Source: Elusimicrobiota bacterium
GTDB lineage: Bacteria > CG03 > SLGR01 > JBDRKX01
Reading direction: 5' to 3'
Length of the DNA: 29,201 nt
Assembly (NCBI GenBank): GCA_043813605.1
Contig: JBDRKX010000046.1
Span: 1 to 29,201 of the forward strand
In this document: positions 6,685 through 14,017 of the stretch, piece after piece
Numbering within the stretch: the stretch's first letter is position 1
Layout: each line of letters begins with the position of its first letter
Program-made: the position numbers and the translations under genes
Notes under the pieces: generated by a model
What the model was told of the DNA's origin: nothing
Databases searched by the model: none
The model's input: only the letters and a program-made list of their open reading frames with translations

Positions 6685-8445
6685 ATGGTAATGCGCACAC
6701 TTACTCTTAAAGAGGTTCTCCTCCAGGAAAAGCTTATAGACCCTGAAAAACTCAATGATCTTGAGCTTCGTGCAAAACAGCTCGGAAAACATCTTGAACA
6801 GGTAATAATCGATTCACAAGCAATATCAAAACAGGACTTTCTGCAGGCATTGAGCTGCAAATGGGGAGTTAAAACAGTAGACCTGGATGCACTTGAAATA
6901 GATGAAGATGCTGTAAGGATGGTGCCGGAACCCACATCCAGAAGGTACCTTATCCTGCCTTTTGCTAAAGCTGAATCTGAATTATATACCGCCATGGCGC
7001 GGCCGTGGGATATAACAGCTATAGAAGACCTTCATCTCAGGACAAATTATGAAATAAAACCCTACCTTGCTCTTCCTGAAGACATAACCAAGGGTTTGAA
7101 TAAAATATTTACGCAGGACTCCAAGATATCAGATTATATAAGTTCTATGACTACAGATAAAACAGGTAAAGGGGCCGTTATAGAAGAGGATAATTCAAAG
7201 AGGGAAGAGATATCTATGGATCATTCCAGAGAAGACGATGAAAAACAAGCCCGTAAGATCGCTAATGCGATAATACTGGAATGTATCGGCAGAAGTGCTT
7301 CTGACCTGCATATAGAGCCCTTTGAGAAGTCTCTAGTGGTAAGATACCGCATTGACGGCCAATTACACAAATCATCCTTTGATATCCCTAAATCGCTGCT
7401 CAACGCAATCATGGCCAGGATCAAGATCATGTCAAAAACCATGAATATAACAGAAAAGAGGATTCCTCAGGATGGACGCATACAGATAACAGTTCAGGGA
7501 AGACCTATAGAATTCCGCGTTAATACCATTCCCACTGCATACGGTGAAAGCTGTGTAATGAGGATACTGGACCGATCAAGTATAATGGTTGATCTCCAAA
7601 AACTGGGCTTTCTAGATGATACTTTTGCCGGCCTGACGCAAGTATTGAAAAAACCGTATGGTATTATCCTTGTATGCGGTCCCACAGGAAGCGGCAAATC
7701 CACTACATTGTATTCTGCACTGAATTATCTTCTTGGAGAATCAAAAAAACTGCCTGACGGGACCATAAGCTCCGTTTCTCCTAAAAAAATTATCACAGCG
7801 GAAAATCCGGTTGAATATGACCTCGCAGAAGTAGTACAGCTGCCGATTAATCCCGACGCAGGGCTGAACTTTCCTGAAGCCATGAGAGCTTTTCTGCGCC
7901 AGGATCCGGATATAATAATGATAGGTGAAATAAGAGACAGGGAAACAGCCCAGATAGCAATGGAAGCCGCGTTAACAGGACATCTTGTCCTGTCTACTAT
8001 ACATACAAACGATGCTCCCAGTGCTGTCGCACGGCTTGCTGAAATGCAGGTTCCCACCTATCTCATATCATCCGCAATGGAAGCTGTCCTGGCCCAAAGA
8101 CTTATAAGGACCATCTGTAAGTCCTGCAAGACAAAGATGGAAGCAATCCCCCAAAAGCTGCAGGAAGAATTTGATAAACTCGGATTAACCGAAGACGATA
8201 TAAATGTACAAATAGGCAAGGGCTGTAAAGAGTGCGCGGGAACAGGATATAAGGGAAGATCAGGTATCCACGAGCTCCTTATATTTGATGCGGAGATCAG
8301 GGAACTGCTTTCAACAACAGTCGGCTCGGGGCCTATTACTAAACTAGCAAAGGAGAAAGGCATGAGACAGATAATGCAAGATGGTATTATAAAAATAGCT
8401 CAGGGCGTAACCACATATGAAGAACTCTTGAGGGTAAGCCAGTAA
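6685..8445 (+). CDS. PilB/GspE-family type IV pilus / T2SS assembly ATPase
   Basis: ASDLHIEP, PQDGRI, Walker A GPTGSGKS, LRQDPDIIMIGEIRD, His box STIHTND, tetracysteine CKSC...CKEC, and an N-terminal MshEN-like domain. Confidence 0.93.
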   Translation: MVMRTLTLKEVLLQEKLIDPEKLNDLELRAKQLGKHLEQVIIDSQAISKQDFLQALSCKWGVKTVDLDALEIDEDAVRMVPEPTSRRYLILPFAKAESELYTAMARPWDITAIEDLHLRTNYEIKPYLALPEDITKGLNKIFTQDSKISDYISSMTTDKTGKGAVIEEDNSKREEISMDHSREDDEKQARKIANAIILECIGRSASDLHIEPFEKSLVVRYRIDGQLHKSSFDIPKSLLNAIMARIKIMSKTMNITEKRIPQDGRIQITVQGRPIEFRVNTIPTAYGESCVMRILDRSSIMVDLQKLGFLDDTFAGLTQVLKKPYGIILVCGPTGSGKSTTLYSALNYLLGESKKLPDGTISSVSPKKIITAENPVEYDLAEVVQLPINPDAGLNFPEAMRAFLRQDPDIIMIGEIRDRETAQIAMEAALTGHLVLSTIHTNDAPSAVARLAEMQVPTYLISSAMEAVLAQRLIRTICKSCKTKMEAIPQKLQEEFDKLGLTEDDINVQIGKGCKECAGTGYKGRSGIHELLIFDAEIRELLSTTVGSGPITKLAKEKGMRQIMQDGIIKIAQGVTTYEELLRVSQ

Positions 8446-9593
8446 TGAACAGTTGTCCGAAATGCGATAAGATAATCCTGACAGATTACAAGTTCTGTCC
8501 CAAATGCGGTTATTCAATAGCAGGTGATTCTTCCGAAACAACAGCGGCGGCGCCACCGGCTCCCCTCTCTGACACGGGGACCGATGCTCGCGCACTTAAA
8601 TTCTTCAATGTAGCTCAAAGCCTCAGTACTGCAAATAATATCGACCAGCTGCTCAATAAGATCGGGCAGGCGGTCGAAGACCTGCTCGATGCCGAGCGTT
8701 CTTCAATAATGCTCATTGACGAATCCGGTGAAAACCTTTATTTCAAGTCTGCCACCGGAGAAGACATACTGAAAAAACTGAAAATACCGCTCGGTCACGG
8801 GGTTGCAGGCTGGATCGCACAGAACAGAAAAGCGGATATAGTGAACGACCCCTATAATGACGCGAGGTTTTCTCCTGAAACAGATAAGAAAACCGGGTTC
8901 AGGACTAACTCTATCATCGGGGCCCCGATGATACTCGGGGATGACCTTGTGGGAATAGTAGAAGCGATAAATAAGAAAAACGGCAAATTTTCCGATCATG
9001 ATATGGAAACACTGCTGGGTTTTGCCGGTCTTGCCGCCATCAGTATTGCCGATACAAAATTAAAAACAGATCAGAATAACTTTTTTTCAAATATGCTTGA
9101 TTTCCTTGTTATGGGCAGTGAAGCGCTTGGCCATCCGGAGCCTTCACCCAAAGGCCACACATGGGAGATAGCCCGTTATGCCCCTCAGATAGGCAAAGAA
9201 CTCGAAATGACAACGGAAACACTGCATCTTTTAAACCATGCCGCGCTTATACATGATATCGGGTTTCTCGGGCTTGAAAATACTGAGCTCGTCGGGATAA
9301 AAATAGACATAGACCTTAACGATGTAGCAAAATTCAAACTTCATCCTGTAATAGGCGCCGAAATGATAAAGGGGATCAAGACCATGAAGAATCTCAGCTC
9401 TTTCATCCTGTATCACCACAGGTACCGGAACGGGACAGGTTTCCCCGAGAATATCGACCCAGATAAAATCACAGAAGAGATGGAAGTTATCTCCATATTG
9501 GAAGACTACTTCACGCTTGGGAATAAAGAAACTATAGATCCATGCAGATATTCCCCGCGTGTCTTTCAAGCTTTCTCTAAAATCGTTCCCTAA
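8445..9593 (+). CDS. Zn-ribbon - GAF - degenerate HD-GYP domain protein
   Basis: CPKC...CPKC N-terminus; GAF (GVAGW...DARF...TGF...NKKNGKFSDHD); IHDIG, HHRYRNGTGFP. TAATG overlap with the ATPase stop. Confidence 0.85.
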   Translation: MNSCPKCDKIILTDYKFCPKCGYSIAGDSSETTAAAPPAPLSDTGTDARALKFFNVAQSLSTANNIDQLLNKIGQAVEDLLDAERSSIMLIDESGENLYFKSATGEDILKKLKIPLGHGVAGWIAQNRKADIVNDPYNDARFSPETDKKTGFRTNSIIGAPMILGDDLVGIVEAINKKNGKFSDHDMETLLGFAGLAAISIADTKLKTDQNNFFSNMLDFLVMGSEALGHPEPSPKGHTWEIARYAPQIGKELEMTTETLHLLNHAALIHDIGFLGLENTELVGIKIDIDLNDVAKFKLHPVIGAEMIKGIKTMKNLSSFILYHHRYRNGTGFPENIDPDKITEEMEVISILEDYFTLGNKETIDPCRYSPRVFQAFSKIVP

Positions 9594-9596
9594 TTA

Positions 9597-10598
9597 ATGA
9601 CCCTGATAAAAAGAAAATTAACCCTGTTTCTGGGTATACTGTTAAGCATTTTTTTTCTCTTCCTTGCATTGAGAAAAGTCGATTTTCTGCATGTCCGACA
9701 GCTGTTCATGGATACCAATTACCTTTATATCATACCATGTTTTTTTATATACTTAGCCGAATTTAATCTCAGGGCATACCGCTGGTGGATCCTGGTATCC
9801 CCTATAAAAAAAGGAAAATACATCAACTTTCTCAGTGCCACTCACATAGGTTTCTTTTCCAATACCATACTTCCCATGAGGGCAGGAGAGATCGTTAAAG
9901 TACTGCTTATATGCGGAAAAGAAAAGATCTCAAAAGCCAGCATGCTGGCCACCCTGATAATAGAGCGCGCTATGGATATATTTGCACTGCTTACGATGAT
10001 ATATATTGCTTCATTCTTTTTTTCATATCCTGAAAGCATCAAGAAGATACTCCTGGTCACTATACTGATACTTGCCGGATTCATCCTGGTTTTTTACGGC
10101 CTCATGTATTACCGCTCAGGGACTATCAGATTTATTAGTATATTCTTTAAAGTTCTGCCGGCAAAATTCAGGCACGGACTCAAACGGGCTCTCGATCTGT
10201 TTATCGACGGACTGGAGATCCTCAAGAAGACGCATCACGTTATACTCACATTAACACTTTCAATATCCATATGGCTTTCCGAGGCCCTGCTTATGTTACT
10301 TATAGCTAAAGGTATGGGCATAAATGGAATAGACTACTTCGGCACTATGTTTTTAATAGCCATAATAGCCATAGGCACATCCATTCCCTCTTCTCCCGGC
10401 TATGTCGGCGTGTTCGAGTATTTCGGTATACTTGCATGTTCTGTCCTGGGTATTGCAAAGAGTACTGCTCTAGGCTATATACTGTTTTTTCACGCATTTC
10501 AACTGGTAACTCTTTCGGCGGCAGGAATGTTCTTCGTTACAAGAGAACACATATCTATTGTGCAGCTTGAACAGGAAGCTGAACAAGAAGATCAATAG
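9597..10598 (+). CDS. UPF0104 / lysylphosphatidylglycerol synthase TM-domain (flippase-like) membrane protein
   Basis: Polytopic membrane protein with RAYRW, ILPMRAGE, IERAMD and PSSPGYVGVFE motifs. Confidence 0.85.
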   Translation: MTLIKRKLTLFLGILLSIFFLFLALRKVDFLHVRQLFMDTNYLYIIPCFFIYLAEFNLRAYRWWILVSPIKKGKYINFLSATHIGFFSNTILPMRAGEIVKVLLICGKEKISKASMLATLIIERAMDIFALLTMIYIASFFFSYPESIKKILLVTILILAGFILVFYGLMYYRSGTIRFISIFFKVLPAKFRHGLKRALDLFIDGLEILKKTHHVILTLTLSISIWLSEALLMLLIAKGMGINGIDYFGTMFLIAIIAIGTSIPSSPGYVGVFEYFGILACSVLGIAKSTALGYILFFHAFQLVTLSAAGMFFVTREHISIVQLEQEAEQEDQ

Positions 10599-11041
10599 CT
10601 TTTTTCTATTGCTTTTATTACCTCTTCTTTTGACGTTATATATGCTTCAACATTTAATCCCGTCAGCAGGGATAATGCTGCCCGGATGTCCTCGTCCTGC
10701 GGTTCAGACATTGCCACTTTCAGCACTTCGTTCTTTTTCTCAAAAGGTATCAGCATATGCTGACGTGCAATGTTTGCAGGTACGTATTGGATAATATCAG
10801 CAGGTATTTTCCCGTATTCCGATATCCTCAGATAGGAATAACCCAGTTGCTTGCCGACAAGAGAGAGTATTATCTCCTGGTCAACGTACCCCATAGACGA
10901 TAAAATATCGCCGAGCCTCATCTTTGATGTTTTCTGTTTTTCCAGGATCTCCGACAGTTTCTTGTCATCTATAAGATCGAGTGATTTCAATATCTCACCC
11001 AGCCTCTTATTTGCCAGTATTTCTCTTGCTTTAAGACTCAT
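10592..11041 (-). CDS. Stand-alone MshEN (GspE N-terminal) domain protein, predicted c-di-GMP receptor
   Basis: RLGEILKSLDLIDDKKLSEILEKQ, a 5-aa spacer, then RLGDILSSMGYVDQEIILSLVGKQ, followed by the VPANIARQHMLIPF...LKVAMSEP subdomain. No ATPase domain. Confidence 0.85.
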   Translation of the reverse strand: MSLKAREILANKRLGEILKSLDLIDDKKLSEILEKQKTSKMRLGDILSSMGYVDQEIILSLVGKQLGYSYLRISEYGKIPADIIQYVPANIARQHMLIPFEKKNEVLKVAMSEPQDEDIRAALSLLTGLNVEAYITSKEEVIKAIEKSY

Positions 11042-11077
11042 GTAAAGATTTTCCTCTATAAAATACTCTTTTTATGG

Positions 11078-11106
11078 ATTCTAACACAAAAAAGAGATAA
11101 TGTAAA
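11078..11106 (-). promoter_or_regulatory. Putative sigma70 promoter of the stand-alone MshEN gene
   Basis: TTTACA-N17-TAGAAT with an extended -10 TG. Lies downstream of the tRNA-fMet terminator. Confidence 0.65.
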
Positions 11107-11110
11107 TATA

Positions 11111-11142
11111 TATAAAACAACCGGTGAACTTACGTTCACCGG
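11111..11142 (-). terminator. Intrinsic terminator of tRNA-fMet
   Basis: Perfect 9-bp stem CCGGTGAAC-GTAA-GTTCACCGG followed by TTGTTTT on the minus strand, 10 nt after the CCA. Confidence 0.8.
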
Positions 11143-11152
11143 CAATTAATTC

Positions 11153-11229
<77 letters not shown>

Positions 11230-11240
11230 TCTCGTCCGAT

Positions 11241-11269
11241 AAATTAACATAATATTTGATTTTTGTCAA
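11241..11269 (-). promoter_or_regulatory. Putative sigma70 promoter of tRNA-fMet
   Basis: TTGACA-N17-TAATTT with a TG extension. Confidence 0.6.
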
Positions 11270-11291
11270 ATTATCTGCTATTCATAATCGC

Positions 11292-11708
11292 ATGAACCCG
11301 TCGGATGAAAAACTATTTTATGATCTTGTAGGAATCTGCTCCAGACTCCGAGGCAAAGATGGATGTATGTGGGACAGGGAACAAACCCATAAGTCACTTA
11401 TCCGGCATCTTAAAGAAGAGTCCAATGAGGTTATAGATGCTATTGAAAAAGACGATAAAGACAACCTGAAAGAAGAACTGGGGGATCTTCTTTACCAGGT
11501 AATATTCCACTCGGAGATCGCTTCTGAAGCAGGGCATTTCAATATATGGGATGTGATCCTTACTCTGTCAGAAAAACTTATCAGGCGCCACCCGCATATC
11601 TTTGGCAATGTTAATGTTTCATCTGTTGACGATATAATCAAAAACTGGGGAAATATAAAAAAACAGGAAAAAAAAACCGTGAGACCTGATGTCTCACAGA
11701 GTTTTTAA
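11292..11708 (+). CDS. mazG: Single-domain MazG-family nucleotide pyrophosphohydrolase
   Basis: LR...GCMWDREQTHKSL, EE..E, EELGDLLYQVIFHS, KLIRRHPHIF. ATG at 11292 is preferred over TTG at 11256. Confidence 0.9.
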   Translation: MNPSDEKLFYDLVGICSRLRGKDGCMWDREQTHKSLIRHLKEESNEVIDAIEKDDKDNLKEELGDLLYQVIFHSEIASEAGHFNIWDVILTLSEKLIRRHPHIFGNVNVSSVDDIIKNWGNIKKQEKKTVRPDVSQSF

Positions 11709-11718
11709 AGTATAAGTT

Positions 11719-12726
11719 TCAGCATATACGCGGGATCTGAGCTACATCTGATGCGGAAAGATAGCGGCTTCCGCCGGAAGCAGTTATCATCATTGCCCGG
11801 CCTTTAGAGCCGGCCTTCCCCACACGACCGATAACAGATGCTTCCGGGAAACCGCTGCCCCTTAGGACTTTGCACAGACCGACAGAATCTTTTTTGTCAA
11901 CCACAATAATCATATTACCTTCACATGCGAGATAGATATAATCCAGGCCCGCTATATAAGACAGTCCTTTTACCCATTCATTTACAGGTATCTTTGCTTC
12001 TTCAAGTATTACTGTCCTTTTTATATCAGCAGCAAGTTCTATCATCACTCCGGCGATTCCGCCCCGTGTGGCGTCCCGCAGAAATCTTACAGGTATATTC
12101 TGAGCGCATATAATATCAACAAGGCCGGTTAATGAACGGCAGTCACTCCTGATCTTTTGTGAATCTTCCAGAAGTCCATGCCTTGACTGAAAAACTGCAG
12201 CTCCGTGATCCCCGGCAGTACCTGTAGATATTATGACATCATTCTCTTTTATGGAAGTCCTGTCTGTTTTGAAAGCTTTTGACGCCGTGCCGGATGTTGT
12301 AACATACACTCCGTCCGCTTTCCCTTTTTCCACCACTTTAATATCGCCGCAAACGATTTTAACGCCGGCTTGCCTGCATTCCTCGGCTGCCGAAGCGGCT
12401 ATACGCCTTAGTTCATCTATCCTGAATCCTTCTTCCAGTATCATTGCCATAGAAAGATAAAGGGGCCTTCCTCCCTGCGCAACAAGATCGTTAACAGTGC
12501 CCGCCACACTCAATTTACCTATGTCTCCTCCGGGAAAGAAAGGCGGCGATACAACAAAACTATCTGCAGTAAATATCAACGTATCGCCTGGAAACGGGAG
12601 CACAGCACTGTCATCAAGACAATCGGCATATTCGTTTGATATCTCAGGTAAAATCACATCCTCTACCAGTTCCCTGGTTTCTATACCGCCGTAGCCGTGT
12701 TCTTTTTTTATGTATTTATACTTCAT
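11719..12726 (-). CDS. hypE: Hydrogenase maturation carbamoyl dehydratase HypE
   Basis: HGYGG, DSFVVSPPFFPGGDIGKLSVAGTVNDL, RDATRGG, C-terminal PRIC. Start moved to ATG 12726. Confidence 0.93.
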   Translation of the reverse strand: MKYKYIKKEHGYGGIETRELVEDVILPEISNEYADCLDDSAVLPFPGDTLIFTADSFVVSPPFFPGGDIGKLSVAGTVNDLVAQGGRPLYLSMAMILEEGFRIDELRRIAASAAEECRQAGVKIVCGDIKVVEKGKADGVYVTTSGTASKAFKTDRTSIKENDVIISTGTAGDHGAAVFQSRHGLLEDSQKIRSDCRSLTGLVDIICAQNIPVRFLRDATRGGIAGVMIELAADIKRTVILEEAKIPVNEWVKGLSYIAGLDYIYLACEGNMIIVVDKKDSVGLCKVLRGSGFPEASVIGRVGKAGSKGRAMMITASGGSRYLSASDVAQIPRIC

Positions 12727-13792
12727 ACTTGTAATACGCACTGCATGCGCCTTCAGATGATACCATACAGGGGCCCACCGGATTTTCAGGAATACAATTT
12801 CCTCCGAACAACGGGCATTCACGCGGTGTACATATTCCGCGCAAAACCTCACCACACCTGCAGGAAGCCGGGTCTTCTTCTTCGAGAATTCTGCCTGAAA
12901 GCAGTTTAGACGCATCAAAATCCGAATATATTAAAGACAGTGCCAATCCGCTCAAAGGAATAGTTCCCAAACCTCTCCATTTTGTATCGGCAGTGACAAA
13001 TACCTCATCCATTGCCTGTTTCATCAGGATATTGCCCGATTCAGTTACCGCACGCCTGTACTGATTTTCTATATCATTTCTGTCTTCAAGTATCTGAGAA
13101 ACCAGCATATTTATACCATTTAGTATATCCGCAGGTTCAAAACCGGTAACAACTCCGCGTATCCCGATATCCCTATACGATCCGCAACCTATGATAACAG
13201 ATACATGGCCGGGCAATATAAATCCGTCTATCTCATTCCCTCCACCCGAAACCAGGGCTTTTAGTGCCGGCGGGACAAGTTTATGTGCTGATAAACAATA
13301 AAAATTATTTATTTTCTCTTTTAAAGCTGTTTGCAGTGTATGTGCAACAACAGGAGCCGTGGTCTCGAAACCCACCCCCAGGAATATTACTCGTTTTTCC
13401 GGATGTTTCTTGGCTATCGCTAACGATTCCAGCGGGGAATAGACTACTCTTATCTTTTCCGAGGACATACTTCCGAGCGATTGCCCGGCTGAATTGGGTA
13501 CCCTGATCATATCACCAAAAGTGGCTATTATATTATCCTTGCTACCGGCAAGTTCAATGGCACTCGTTATATATTCCGCCGGCGTAACGCATACAGGGCA
13601 GCCGGGGCCGGAAAGAAGTACAATATTATCCGGAAGCATACTTCTCAATCCGGACCTTCCTATACTCATGGTATGCGTACCGCATACTTCCATGATCTTG
13701 ATCTTCTTCCCGATATCTGCGGTATTCCTTCTTATGTTCTCCGAGATGTCTTTAAGAAGGGCGGGTTCAGAAAATTCAGAAATGTATTTCAT
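12716..13792 (-). CDS. hypD: Hydrogenase maturation protein HypD
   Basis: MEVCGTH, GPGCPVCVTP, GFETTAP, PGHVS, GPCMVSSEGAC. Confidence 0.96.
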   Translation of the reverse strand: MKYISEFSEPALLKDISENIRRNTADIGKKIKIMEVCGTHTMSIGRSGLRSMLPDNIVLLSGPGCPVCVTPAEYITSAIELAGSKDNIIATFGDMIRVPNSAGQSLGSMSSEKIRVVYSPLESLAIAKKHPEKRVIFLGVGFETTAPVVAHTLQTALKEKINNFYCLSAHKLVPPALKALVSGGGNEIDGFILPGHVSVIIGCGSYRDIGIRGVVTGFEPADILNGINMLVSQILEDRNDIENQYRRAVTESGNILMKQAMDEVFVTADTKWRGLGTIPLSGLALSLIYSDFDASKLLSGRILEEEDPASCRCGEVLRGICTPRECPLFGGNCIPENPVGPCMVSSEGACSAYYKYEV

Positions 13793-14007
13793 ATATATTT
13801 TTTAAACTCTTTAAAAGCCTCCAGAGTTTCGCAGGCTTCTTTTTCATCTATTTTCTGAATCGCAAACCCGGCATGCAGAAGCACATATTCCCCTACTCTG
13901 GGATCTTCAAGGAACGTGAGATCAATTTCTCTGTCAACTCCTCCGATCTCGCCAATACCGCGGGTCCCGTCTATCCTTATTATCTTAACTGGAACAGCAA
14001 GACACAT
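13789..14007 (-). CDS. hypC: Hydrogenase chaperone HypC
   Basis: MCLAVP N-terminus, VGEYVLLHAGFAI. Confidence 0.95.
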   Translation of the reverse strand: MCLAVPVKIIRIDGTRGIGEIGGVDREIDLTFLEDPRVGEYVLLHAGFAIQKIDEKEACETLEAFKEFKKYI

Positions 14008-14017
14008 CAGCTTATTA

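Noticed and set aside
6550..6792. 80-aa minus-strand ORF ending GAGRGTRTPMDLSPVDFESTASANSAIPA
   Set aside because: Antisense translation of tRNA-Leu and the pilB start, not a protein gene.
11256..11291. TTG-initiated extension of MazG, and the A9 run near 11668-11676 as a possible frameshift to a second MazG domain
   Set aside because: The extension overlaps the tRNA-fMet promoter. hypE converges 10 nt after the stop, leaving no room for a second domain, and single-domain MazG is common.
12727..12918. 64-aa N-terminal extension of HypE in the ORF track
   Set aside because: Overlaps the conserved hypD 3' end. HypE homology starts at Met 12726.
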